A stretch of DNA of 27,058 nt from Planctomycetota bacterium (GTDB taxonomy: Bacteria > Planctomycetota > Phycisphaerae > Phycisphaerales > UBA1924). Made by a program: the position numbers and the translations under genes. Under the pieces are notes generated by a model that saw only the letters and a list, made by a program, of their open reading frames with translations, was not told the origin of the DNA and ran no database searches. The stretch lies in assembly GCA_023429345.1 (NCBI GenBank), contig JAEYVB010000369.1, forward strand, positions 1 to 27,058, given 5' to 3'. Shown here in pieces: positions 8,402-17,017 of the stretch; position 1 is the first letter of the stretch, and every line of letters begins with the position of its first letter.

Positions 8402-10072
8402 TTGCGTAAAGCCATGGGTGTGTTGGTGACGGCCGCGTTCGTTCAGTCCGCCAGCGGCCAGCTCCTGGTCGGCCAGGATGCCGGCGGGGGTCCGATCAAG
8501 CTCGGCGAGATGTCCCTGTTCCCGAACGTGACCTACACGGAATCGCTCGCCTTCGAGGTGAACGGCGCGGCCGCGCGGCCCGAGGGCGGCGTCTACCTCT
8601 GCAGCGGGTTCAACGGCGCGCTCTACCTCTTCGACGGCTTCAGCCAGCCCCAGTTCCTCTTCAACGCTCAGGTCCCCGGCCTCAGCGGCCTCGGCTACGG
8701 CAACGGCAAGCTCTACGGCTTCGGCAACTTCGCCAGCCCCATGGGCATCTACGAGATCGACCTCTCCACCGGCGCCGCCACGCTGAAGGTCGACACCAGC
8801 AGCAGCGGCCTCCGCTTCTTCGCCCTCGACTTCAACCCGCTCGACGGCCTCCTCTACGGCTTCTCCGAGTACGGCAACTCCGGCCTCTACTCCATCGACC
8901 CCGAAACCGGAACGACCACCCGCCTCGCCGGCACGCCCCCGGGCTCCTACGGCATGTTCCGCGGCGGCGCGGTCGGCAACAACACCGTCTTCCTCGTCGC
9001 CGCCCACCCCACCGACACCTTCTGGGCCTACGACATCGCGCAGGGGGCAAACGGCTCCTACGCGCCCTTCCCCAACCCCTACCCCAACTCCATCAACGGC
9101 GGCGGCGCCTGGGTCGGCCCGCCCCCCGCCAACCTCGGCGCCTGCTGCCGTCCCGACGGTGTCTGCATCATCACCAGCGATGCCGGCTGCACCGCCCTCG
9201 GCGGCCTCTACCGCGGCGACGGCTCCCCCTGCGCCACCGCGAACTGCCCGCCGCCCCCCACCGGCGCCTGCTGCCTGGCCAGCGGCTGTTCCGTCCTGAC
9301 GCAGGCCCAGTGCCTCTCCCAGAGCGGCACCTACGCCGGCGACAACATCGGCTGCGCCGCCGCCAACTGCCCGCCCGCCACGCAGTGGGTCGAGTCGGGC
9401 GATGCCGGCGACCTCCCCGCTACCGCGCAGATCGTGGAGGGCCCCGCCGGCCCGCTCACCGCCATCACCGGCACGGTCCAGTCCGGCGGCGACCCCGACA
9501 TGTTCCAGGTCCAGATCTGCGACCCCTCCACCTTCAGCGCCACCCTCGCGGGCGGCGTCACCTCCTTCGACAGCGCCCTTTTCCTCTTCGACGCCTCCGG
9601 CCACGGCGTCGCCTTCGGCGAGGACACCGCGGGCCTGCACGGCTCGGTCTCCAATCAGTTCGTCTCCGCGCCCGGCCTCTACTACCTCGCCGTCTCCGGT
9701 TACGACAACGACCCGCTCGGAGCGGTCTCCAGCAGCGAGATCTGGCTCGACACTCCCTACGGCACCGAGCGCCAGCCCGACGGGCCCGCGGCCGCGGAGG
9801 TCCCCGGCTCCTGGAGCGGCGGCGGCGCGACCGGCCCCTACACGCTGACGCTCCAGGGCGCCTGCTTCGTCTCGGCAGCGCCCGCGTGCTACGTCAACTG
9901 CGACGCCTCCACCACGCCCCCGACGCTGAACGTCGCCGACTTCACCTGCTTCCTGCAGCGCTTCGCGGCGGGTGAGCCCTACGCGAACTGCGACCAGAGC
10001 ACAACGCCGCCGGTGCTGAACGTCGCGGACTTTACGTGTTTCCTCCAGGGCTTTGCCGCCGGCTGTCCCTGA
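8402..10072 (+). CDS. Secreted multidomain protein: beta-propeller-like N-terminus, two GACC Cys-rich repeats, PPC/DVUA0089-like domain, GC-type dockerin-like module
   Basis: In-frame TTG 8402 lies 5 nt after SD GGAGGT (ATG 8414 is the alternative) and gives signal peptide MRKAMGVLVTAAFVQSASG|Q. Contains GACC repeats, ESGDAGDLPATAQ..DPDMFQ..FDSALFLFD..GLYYLAVS, and the C-terminal module. Confidence 0.85.
   Translation: MRKAMGVLVTAAFVQSASGQLLVGQDAGGGPIKLGEMSLFPNVTYTESLAFEVNGAAARPEGGVYLCSGFNGALYLFDGFSQPQFLFNAQVPGLSGLGYGNGKLYGFGNFASPMGIYEIDLSTGAATLKVDTSSSGLRFFALDFNPLDGLLYGFSEYGNSGLYSIDPETGTTTRLAGTPPGSYGMFRGGAVGNNTVFLVAAHPTDTFWAYDIAQGANGSYAPFPNPYPNSINGGGAWVGPPPANLGACCRPDGVCIITSDAGCTALGGLYRGDGSPCATANCPPPPTGACCLASGCSVLTQAQCLSQSGTYAGDNIGCAAANCPPATQWVESGDAGDLPATAQIVEGPAGPLTAITGTVQSGGDPDMFQVQICDPSTFSATLAGGVTSFDSALFLFDASGHGVAFGEDTAGLHGSVSNQFVSAPGLYYLAVSGYDNDPLGAVSSSEIWLDTPYGTERQPDGPAAAEVPGSWSGGGATGPYTLTLQGACFVSAAPACYVNCDASTTPPTLNVADFTCFLQRFAAGEPYANCDQSTTPPVLNVADFTCFLQGFAAGCP
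9887..10072 (+). repeat. Dockerin-like module, copy 3
   Basis: 186 nt; CYVNCDASTTPPTLNVADFTCFLQRFAAG-EPYANCD...FAAGCP. Confidence 0.9.
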
Positions 10073-10103
10073 GCCCTGCCCCTGAATCGTGGTCCTGTCG
10101 CCT

Positions 10104-10149
10104 CAACGAAAGACGGCCGGCGCCCCCTCGCGCCGGCCGTCTTCTTTGT
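10104..10149. terminator. Probable bidirectional intrinsic terminator between convergent genes
   Basis: Perfect 13-bp inverted repeat AAGACGGCCGGCG (10110-10122)/CGCCGGCCGTCTT (10131-10143), A-rich left flank and T-rich right flank. Confidence 0.8.
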
Positions 10150-10165
10150 GCTCATCCGGCCCGTT

Positions 10166-10351
10166 TCACGGGCACCCGGCCGCGAACGCCTGCAGGAAGC
10201 AGGTGAAGTCCGCGACGTTCAGCACGGGCTCCTGCGTGCTGTCGTCGCAGTTGGCCCAGCAGTCGCCCGCGGCAAACTGTTGCAGGTAGCAGGTGAAATC
10301 CGCGACGTTCAGCACCGGGGTCTCCGTGCTCCCGTCGCAGTTCGCGGCGCA
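10166..10351 (-). repeat. Dockerin-like module, copy 4
   Basis: 186 nt; CAANCDGSTETPVLNVADFTCYLQQFAAG-DCWANCD...FAAGCP. Confidence 0.9.
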
Positions 10352-11545
10352 CCGCGGCACGATCTTGAAGAGGTTGTTGGCGCTGTCCACGAAGTACAGC
10401 TCACCCGCCGCATCCTCGCCGAAGGACTGCGGCGAGAACGGCTGCGGCCCCGACGCCGGCCGCAGGTCGAGCGTGTGGTCCACCATCTCGGTCACCGCCG
10501 TGCCGTCGTAGCGGAAGCTCCAGAACTCGTGCGTGCACCACTCCGCGAAGATGTACTTGCCGCGGAGCTCGGGGATCGCGCACCCGCGGTACACGTAGCC
10601 GCCGATGACGGAGCAGTGGTTGTTCGAGTGGTCGTAGGCGTGAATGGGGAACGTCATCGTCGAGGCGCTCGCGCACCCCGTCAGGTTGTACGGGTCCGGG
10701 CCCTCGTAGCACCGCCAGCCGTAGTTCACCGCCGCAAACGGCGGCGTGGTGATGGCCGGCTGGTAGTTCACCTCCTCCCACTCCGTCTGCCCGACGTCCG
10801 TGAGCCAGAAGTCCCCGGTCGCGCGGTCGAAGCTCGCCCGCCACGGGTTCCGCAGCCCGTACGCCCAGATCTCCGGCCTCTCCAGCGTGGCCGTGGCAAA
10901 GGGGTTGTCCGGCGGGATCGTGTACGGCAGCGTGCTCACATCGATCCGCAGCACCTTGCCGTGCAGCACTTCGAGGTTCTGGGCGCGCCCCTCAGGATCG
11001 CCCATCCCGGGGTTGCCGCCGTCGCCCTTGGTGATGTAGAGGTACCCGTCGGGCCCGAAGCCCAGCCAATCGACGTTGTGATCGGCGAAGGGCTCCGTGA
11101 TCGTGATCACCTCGGTCGGCGTCGTCGGATCCGCCAGATTGGGGTCGGCCGCCGAGACCTGGTAGCGCATGACCTTGCTCGTGCCCCCCTGCCCCTCCGT
11201 GTACGCGATATAGAAGAACCCGTTGGTGGCGTACCCGGGATCGAACGCCATGCACACCAGGCCCTGCTCGAACCCCGTGCCCACATCCTCCACCGTCAGG
11301 AACGGCTCGGGCTCGAGGGTGTTGGTCTCCAGATTGAAGATCCGGATCGCCGCCCGCCCGGCCACGCCGCCAACCCCGCGACGCTCGACCACGAAAATGC
11401 GCTCGGTGTCTCCCGGCGCTGCCGTTACGTACACGGGCCGCGAAAGACTGCCCGTAAGCCACTGGGCCGCGATGCCCTGGCCGCAGGCCGCACCGGCCCC
11501 GATCGCGAGGACTGCCGCCGCACCGATACCACGAATGCCCACCAT
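10166..11545 (-). CDS. Secreted glucose/sorbosone dehydrogenase-like (PQQ-dependent sugar dehydrogenase family) beta-propeller with GC-type dockerin-like module
   Basis: Start moved to ATG 11545 (SD GGGAGG, signal peptide). Motifs EQGL..MAFDPGY, FGPDGYLYI.KGDGG, GKVLRIDV, YTIPPDNPF, EIWAYGLRNPWR, DVGQ..WEEVN, NYGW, SFGED..GELY. Confidence 0.92.
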   Translation of the reverse strand: MVGIRGIGAAAVLAIGAGAACGQGIAAQWLTGSLSRPVYVTAAPGDTERIFVVERRGVGGVAGRAAIRIFNLETNTLEPEPFLTVEDVGTGFEQGLVCMAFDPGYATNGFFYIAYTEGQGGTSKVMRYQVSAADPNLADPTTPTEVITITEPFADHNVDWLGFGPDGYLYITKGDGGNPGMGDPEGRAQNLEVLHGKVLRIDVSTLPYTIPPDNPFATATLERPEIWAYGLRNPWRASFDRATGDFWLTDVGQTEWEEVNYQPAITTPPFAAVNYGWRCYEGPDPYNLTGCASASTMTFPIHAYDHSNNHCSVIGGYVYRGCAIPELRGKYIFAEWCTHEFWSFRYDGTAVTEMVDHTLDLRPASGPQPFSPQSFGEDAAGELYFVDSANNLFKIVPRCAANCDGSTETPVLNVADFTCYLQQFAAGDCWANCDDSTQEPVLNVADFTCFLQAFAAGCP

Positions 11546-11641
11546 GAACGACCCCTCCCGTTTGATTGAGGACTGGGCCAGTGTTGGCAAGATCACCCGG
11601 GTCCGCGGCCGTACAGGCCCGACTTAATCCTTAATCGAGGC

Positions 11642-11827
11642 TCACGGACAGCCGGCGGCAAACTTCTGGAGGTAGCAGGTGAAGTCAGCCACGTTCAGGC
11701 GCGGCGCCTGGGTCGAGTCGTCGCAGTTCGCAGAGCAGTCCTGCGCCGCGAACCGCTGCAGGAAGCAGGTGAAGTCCGCCACGTTCAGGACGGGCGCCTC
11801 GGTGCTGCCGTCGCAGTTCGCGTAGCA
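11642..11827 (-). repeat. Dockerin-like module, copy 5
   Basis: 186 nt; CYANCDGSTEAPVLNVADFTCFLQRFAAQ-DCSANCD...FAAGCP. Confidence 0.9.
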
Positions 11828-13033
11828 GTCCGGCACAATCCGCACCACCCGGCCCGCGCCCATGTAGTACAGCTCCCCGTTCGCATCCTCGCCGAAGGAA
11901 GCCACGGCCGCGGGCGCGGGCCCGCCCGGGGGCGTCAGCTCCGTCGTGCGCAGCGTCAGCTCGGTGACGGTGTTGTTCACCAGCCGGAACGACCAGATGC
12001 GCCCCGCGCAGTAGTCGGCGAAGAAGTACAGCCCCCGCGCCTGCGGGATCTTGCACCCGCGGTAGACATATCCGCCCGTCACCGAGCAGTTCCCGCTCCC
12101 CGTCTGGGACGAGTACTCGTGCACCGGGAACACGAGCGTCCCCGGCGCCGGGCACCCGCCCGTGTTGTAGGCGTGCGTCCCTTCGTAGCACCGCCACCCG
12201 TAGTTCACGGCCGCGTGGGGCGGGGCGCCGATCGCCGGCTGGAAGTTCACTTCCTCCCAGCTCTCCTGGCCGACATCCGCGATCCACAGGTCCCCCGTCT
12301 GCCGGTCAAAGCTCGGCCGCCACGGATTGCGCAGGCCGTAAGCCCAGATCTCCGGTCGGTGCTGCGCCAAGCCTACGAACGGGTTGTCCGGCGGCACCGT
12401 GTAAGGCAGGGGGTCGACATCCAGCCGCAGCATCTTGCCCAAGAGCGTGTTCCTGTTCTGCGCATTCTGGAACGGATCCCCCCCCGAGCCGCCGTCCCCG
12501 AGCGCCGCGTACAGGTACCCGTCGGGACCGAAGCCCAGCCACCCGCCGTTGTGGTTCTTGAACGGCTGCACCTGCGTGAGCACCGTCGTCGCGCTCGCCG
12601 GGTCGGCGATGTCCGGGTCGGCCGACACCTGGTACCGGGCGATGACCGTCGTCCCCGCGGCCGTCGCGTTGCTGGTGTAGTTGATGTAGAAGTACCCGTT
12701 GGTCGCATACCCGGGATCGAACGCCAGGCCCAGCAGCCCCTGCTCGGAGTTATCGGGCGGGACCGGCAGATTGGTGAGCGTCAGGAACGGCGTGGCGTTG
12801 GTCGTGTTCGTCACGAGGTTGTGGATCAGGATGTTGCCGACGTTCTGGCTCCCGCCCACACCCTTCTGCTGGATGATGAACAGCCGCGTGTAGTCCCCGG
12901 GCGGAGAGGTCACGAACACCGGCGAGGTCAGCCCCGAGCGCACGATCTCGGCACTCAGGAAGCCCTGGCCGACGGCCGCGCCCGACGCCATGACCACCGC
13001 CGCCAACCCGAACACGCACTGCTGCTGCTTCAT
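11642..13033 (-). CDS. Secreted glucose/sorbosone dehydrogenase-like protein (tandem paralog) with GC-type dockerin-like module
   Basis: SD GAGGAG, signal peptide; EQGLLGLAFDP, NHNGGWLGFGPDGYLY..GDGG, GKMLRLDV, EIWAYGLRNPWR, SFGEDANGELY. Confidence 0.93.
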   Translation of the reverse strand: MKQQQCVFGLAAVVMASGAAVGQGFLSAEIVRSGLTSPVFVTSPPGDYTRLFIIQQKGVGGSQNVGNILIHNLVTNTTNATPFLTLTNLPVPPDNSEQGLLGLAFDPGYATNGYFYINYTSNATAAGTTVIARYQVSADPDIADPASATTVLTQVQPFKNHNGGWLGFGPDGYLYAALGDGGSGGDPFQNAQNRNTLLGKMLRLDVDPLPYTVPPDNPFVGLAQHRPEIWAYGLRNPWRPSFDRQTGDLWIADVGQESWEEVNFQPAIGAPPHAAVNYGWRCYEGTHAYNTGGCPAPGTLVFPVHEYSSQTGSGNCSVTGGYVYRGCKIPQARGLYFFADYCAGRIWSFRLVNNTVTELTLRTTELTPPGGPAPAAVASFGEDANGELYYMGAGRVVRIVPDCYANCDGSTEAPVLNVADFTCFLQRFAAQDCSANCDDSTQAPRLNVADFTCYLQKFAAGCP

Positions 13034-13261
13034 CGCACCTGCTCCTCACCCAGACCCGTGGCACCGACCAAACTAGGCCGCCGACCGAACCCACATCCCG
13101 CGCTCATCAGCCCGTGAACCCGCCTTCACGCGAGCGTCCATACGCGTGGGATGCGATCCCGGTTACGCGCCCTCGTTCACACCAATCAAACCCTGGGCCG
13201 GTCCGAGCGGGCATTACCCAGCTTGACACCATCCTCGGTCGATCCGCCTAAAGGCTTGAGA

Positions 13262-13963
13262 TCAGCCCACGCGCGGAGCCGCATCCCCGCCGGACCCGCC
13301 CGAAGGAACCGCGGCCCGCTTCCCCGGATCCCCCGTCCGCCACAGGAACCACATCAGGATCCCGATCCCGATCAGGAGCCAGAGGTCCGCAACGTTCGAG
13401 ACGTACGGCCAGATCTCCCGCCCGCCGACCCGCACCCCCGGGAGCGGATGGATGAAGTCGCGCACGCAGGCGTACACGATCCGGTCGTAGAGATTCCCCA
13501 CACCCCCCGCGATCAGGAGCCCGAGAGCCACGTGCGCGAGCCGGTCCCTCGCCCTCGTCCAGTTCGCAAACATCCAGAGCGCCAGCGCCAGTGCCGCGGC
13601 CGTGAACATCACGAAGAACCACCGCATCCCCGCCCCCATCCCGAAGACCGCGCCGGGGTTCAGCACCAGCGAAAACTCCAAGAGGTGCGGGACCACCTCC
13701 ACCGGCCGGTGGGGCGGGATCAGGTCCCCGAGCTGCCTCCCCTGCCGCCACGCCGCCAGCACATCCTCGCGCCGGATGGTCACCGGCCTGCCCGCGATCG
13801 TCGCGAACGCAAGGTACTTGCTGCCCAGGTCCGCAACCAGCGCCGCCGTCGCAACCGCGCCCAGCCGGACCCACGCCGATCGATCGCGCGCGGCGCGAGG
13901 CGATGGCGCGCTCGGGCCGGTCGGGTCGTTCAGTCGATTGCCTGGGATATCCGGCGCGCTCAC
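13262..13963 (-). CDS. lspA: Lipoprotein signal peptidase II
   Basis: Motifs DLGSK, LNPGAVFG, GGVGNLYDRI, VRDFI, NVADLW; several TM segments; GTG start overlaps the dksA stop (GTGA). Confidence 0.93.
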   Translation of the reverse strand: MSAPDIPGNRLNDPTGPSAPSPRAARDRSAWVRLGAVATAALVADLGSKYLAFATIAGRPVTIRREDVLAAWRQGRQLGDLIPPHRPVEVVPHLLEFSLVLNPGAVFGMGAGMRWFFVMFTAAALALALWMFANWTRARDRLAHVALGLLIAGGVGNLYDRIVYACVRDFIHPLPGVRVGGREIWPYVSNVADLWLLIGIGILMWFLWRTGDPGKRAAVPSGGSGGDAAPRVG

Positions 13964-14892
13964 GTGAGGCTCGTGCGGCGCTCAAGCTCGCGGGCCGCCT
14001 CGATCGAGTACCGCGCCCACGGAAGCTCCTCCAGCCGCTCCTTGCGGATCGGCTTGCCCGTGACCTCGCACACCCCGTACGTGCCCTCGTTGATCCGCTT
14101 GAGGGCCTCGTCGATCTCCTTGATCAACTTCCGGTCCGCCGCGGCCAGGTCCAGCGAGAGCGACTGCCCGTAGGCGTCCGACCCCTGCTCGGCCATGTGC
14201 TGCGGAAGGTTGGAGAGCGAGCCCGACTGCGACATGAGCGCCTCGGACTCCATGGTCGAGACATCGCCGATAAGTTCCGCCCGCTTCTTCAGAAGCAGCT
14301 GCCGGTAGTACCCCAGTTCCTTGGCATTGAACGGCGTCTTCCGCGGCTTGTCGTCCGCGCCCTCGGCCAGCGTCTTGGGCTTGGGCGCTTTGGGGCCCGA
14401 CGCGATCAGCGGCTTGCGGATGGCCTCGCTCAGCGGCGTGCCGTACTCCGGGATCTTGATCTGCGAGGGTTTTGATGCGGGCTTTTTCGCGGGTTTGCCG
14501 GAAACGATCGTGATCCCCTTCCGTGGGCCGACGCCGGCCGGTGCGCTCGCGGATGGCGCTGCGGGCTTGGCAGCGCCCTTCTCCGGCTTGGGCGCCGGGG
14601 CCGCGGCCTTGGCTCCCTTGGCCGGGGGCTTGACCATCTTGGCGTCCGGCTTTGCAGCCTTGGCCTCAACCTTGCCGCCCTTCGCATCGGGCTTCGCCGG
14701 GGCCTTTGCGACAGGCTTGGCCGATGGCTTGGTCGCTTGCTTGCCGGAAGACTTGGCCGCGACCTTCGCCGCCGGCTTCGCGGGCTTGGCCGCGGGCTTG
14801 CTTGCGCCCTTCTTGGCGGGTTTGGAGGCCGGACCCTTCCGCGCGCTGCCGCCCTTGGCGTCTTTGCGGGCTGTTGCGGTGGACTTTGCCAC
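13960..14892 (-). CDS. dksA: DksA/TraR family transcription factor with long Lys/Ala/Pro-rich N-terminal extension
   Basis: C-terminal LLLKKRAEL..HMAEQGSD..LIKEIDEALKRINEGTYGVCEVTGKPIRKERLEELPWARYSIEAA. Start placed at GTG 14892 because the ORF-track start falls inside the promoter. Confidence 0.85.
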   Translation of the reverse strand: MAKSTATARKDAKGGSARKGPASKPAKKGASKPAAKPAKPAAKVAAKSSGKQATKPSAKPVAKAPAKPDAKGGKVEAKAAKPDAKMVKPPAKGAKAAAPAPKPEKGAAKPAAPSASAPAGVGPRKGITIVSGKPAKKPASKPSQIKIPEYGTPLSEAIRKPLIASGPKAPKPKTLAEGADDKPRKTPFNAKELGYYRQLLLKKRAELIGDVSTMESEALMSQSGSLSNLPQHMAEQGSDAYGQSLSLDLAAADRKLIKEIDEALKRINEGTYGVCEVTGKPIRKERLEELPWARYSIEAARELERRTSLT

Positions 14893-14956
14893 GGGAGGGC
14901 CTCTCGAGGGTACGTTCGGGATCCGGCCGTAGGGCGATGCCTTTATAAGGGCCGAG

Positions 14957-14985
14957 ACGGTATCCAAAAACGGGGTCAATGTCAA
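14957..14985 (-). promoter_or_regulatory. sigma70-type promoter for dksA-lspA
   Basis: Minus strand TTGACA (14985-14980), N17, TACCGT (14962-14957), followed by GC-rich CTCGGCCC. Confidence 0.7.
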
Positions 14986-15027
14986 AGCGGGCCACCCCCC
15001 CTCATTGCCCCAAACAAACTCCGAATA

Positions 15028-16104
15028 TTACCCCAGAGGTCCGGTCTCCCCGACCGGGGCGGGCTCCCGCTCCTGGTAGGACCCCATCTTCCGGAATCGC
15101 TCGTACCGACTCTGGACTAACACGTCCGGATCGACCCGCTTGAGGTCGTGGAGCTGGGCGACGATCCACTTCCGGAGATTCTCCGCCGTCTGGATCGGGT
15201 CCCGATGCGCCCCGCCCACCGGCTCCGGGATCACCTCGTCGATGATCCGCAGTTCCAGGTTGTCCCGGGCGGTCAGCTTCAGGCTCTTGGCGGCCTGGGC
15301 GTTGGTCGTCTCGTTGGCCTGTTTCCAGAGGATGGCCGCGCACCCCTCCGGGCTGATCACCGAATACCACGAGTTCTGGAGCATGGCGACGCGGTCGGCT
15401 ACCGCGATCCCAAGCGCCCCGCCCGAGCCCCCCTCGCCGATCACGATCGAGAGGATCGGGGTCTTCAGCCGGCTCATCTCCCGCAGGTTGACGGCGATCG
15501 CCTCGGCCTGCCCCCGCTGCTCCGCGCCCAGCCCCGGATAGGCCCCCGGGGTGTCCACCAGGGTCACGATTGGGAGCCCGAACTTCTCGGCTAACTCCAT
15601 CTTCAGCAAGGCTTTACGGTACCCCTCCGGATGGGCGCACCCGAAGTGGCACGAGAGCTTCTCCTGCGTGCTGCGGCCCTTCTGATGCCCCACGATCAGG
15701 ACCTTGATCGAGTCGATCCGGGCGAAGCCGGTCACCAGGGCCGGATCATCCCCGAAGCGACGATCCCCCTGAAGCTCGCAGAAGTCCCGGCACATCAACT
15801 GGATGTAATCGCGGGTCTGGGGCCGGTTGGGGTGGCGGGCGACCCGGACCGTGTTCCACGGGCTCAGGTTGGAGTAAAGCTGGGCAAGCTCCTCCCGGAG
15901 CTTCGTCCGGAGGCCCTCGACCATGGCCGGGAGGTCGGCCGCCGCCGGGGCGTCCGTTGCCTCGGTCGCGTCGATGCCCGCGACGCCCGGGGGGATCGGC
16001 ACGGGCGCAGGACCTGCGCCCTTCAGGCGTGCCTCCGCGGCCTCCACCTGCCGCTCGAGGTCCCGGATCGTCCGTTCGAAGTCCAGCTGATAGAACGTGG
16101 ACAT
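15028..16104 (-). CDS. accA: Acetyl-CoA carboxylase carboxyltransferase subunit alpha
   Basis: LDFE, ARHPNRP, ELQGDRRFGDD, GHQKGR, PEGYRKAL, DTPGAYPGLGAEQRGQAEAIA, IGEGGSGGAL, YSVISPEGCAAILW, EPVGGAHR. ATG 16104 preferred over TTG 16110. Confidence 0.97.
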   Translation of the reverse strand: MSTFYQLDFERTIRDLERQVEAAEARLKGAGPAPVPIPPGVAGIDATEATDAPAAADLPAMVEGLRTKLREELAQLYSNLSPWNTVRVARHPNRPQTRDYIQLMCRDFCELQGDRRFGDDPALVTGFARIDSIKVLIVGHQKGRSTQEKLSCHFGCAHPEGYRKALLKMELAEKFGLPIVTLVDTPGAYPGLGAEQRGQAEAIAVNLREMSRLKTPILSIVIGEGGSGGALGIAVADRVAMLQNSWYSVISPEGCAAILWKQANETTNAQAAKSLKLTARDNLELRIIDEVIPEPVGGAHRDPIQTAENLRKWIVAQLHDLKRVDPDVLVQSRYERFRKMGSYQEREPAPVGETGPLG

Positions 16105-16147
16105 GGGCAACTAGTTTAGGGGCGATCGACGATCCACGCGCCGGGTG

Positions 16148-16156
16148 TGGTAGTCT
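16148..16156 (+). promoter_or_regulatory. Extended -10 element, leaderless proC
   Basis: TG-G-TAGTCT followed by 6 nt then ATG 16163; no SD. Confidence 0.5.
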
Positions 16157-16162
16157 CTGGGT

Positions 16163-17011
16163 ATGGCGCGGAGCGAAACGCCTCTGGCGATCATTGGCGG
16201 GGGGTACATGGGCCAGGCGCTCGTCCGGGGGGCCCTGGATGCGGAAGTGCTCGACCCGGCCCTGGTCGGCATCCTCGAGCCGGACCGCATCAAACGCGAC
16301 CTCTTCAAGGCCCTGGGCCTCGACACCCCCTCCGACGCCGCGGACCTGATCCACTGGCTCGAGGATGAGGAAGATGACGCCCAGCGACCCGGACAGCTTC
16401 TGCTCGCGGTCAAGCCGCAGTCGCTCCTGGAGGTCGGCGCCGAGCTGGCCCCGCTGCTGGGCTCCAAGCGCAGGGTTGTCATCTCGCTCCTGGCCGGGAC
16501 CCCGACGCACATCATCCGGAGGACCCTCGGCGGCTCCGTGGTCGTGGTGCGGACCATGAGCAACACCCCCGCCCAGGTGCGCCGGGCCACCACCGCCATC
16601 GCCCTCGGCGAGGACACGACGCCCGACGATGCTCAGCTCGCGACCGACCTCTTCGGGGCTCTCGGACGGGTCGTGCCCATCCAGGAGCCGCTGATGGACG
16701 CCTTCACGGCCGTCGCCGGCTCCGGGCCCGCCTACCTCTTCTACCTCGCCGAGGCCATGACCCGCGCCGCAACCGAGGTCGGCTTCGACCCCGACACCGC
16801 CCAGTGGATCGTCCGCTGGACCCTCGCGGGCAGTGCCGCCCTGCTGGATGCCACCGACCAGCCCCCCGCGACGCTCCGGGCCGCCGTCACCAGCCGCGGC
16901 GGTACCACGGCCGCGGCCACGAAGGTCCTCGATGATGCCGCCGTCATGGACGCGTTCGTCCGGGCGATCACCGCGGCCCGGGACCGCGGCCGCGAGCTCG
17001 GCGGCGGCTGA
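16163..17011 (+). CDS. proC: Pyrroline-5-carboxylate reductase
   Basis: IIGGGYMG, LAVKPQ, ISLLAG, RTMSNTPA, TAVAGSGPAY, LRAAVTSRGGTTAA. Confidence 0.96.
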   Translation: MARSETPLAIIGGGYMGQALVRGALDAEVLDPALVGILEPDRIKRDLFKALGLDTPSDAADLIHWLEDEEDDAQRPGQLLLAVKPQSLLEVGAELAPLLGSKRRVVISLLAGTPTHIIRRTLGGSVVVVRTMSNTPAQVRRATTAIALGEDTTPDDAQLATDLFGALGRVVPIQEPLMDAFTAVAGSGPAYLFYLAEAMTRAATEVGFDPDTAQWIVRWTLAGSAALLDATDQPPATLRAAVTSRGGTTAAATKVLDDAAVMDAFVRAITAARDRGRELGGG

Positions 17012-17017
17012 GGCGGG

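Noticed and set aside
5375..9640. Long minus-strand ORFs (742 aa, 626 aa)
   Set aside because: Antisense mirrors of real + strand genes; no motifs.
11480..11545. Lipoprotein lipobox (GAAC) in the first GSDH paralog, given the nearby lspA
   Set aside because: Non-canonical -3 residue; the paralog has AVG|Q at the same place, so SPase I cleavage before Gln fits better.
13034..13261. TTGACA at 13223-13228 (+) and short hairpins near 13127-13160
   Set aside because: No -10 at 16-18 nt spacing; the stems are too short to be significant at this GC content.
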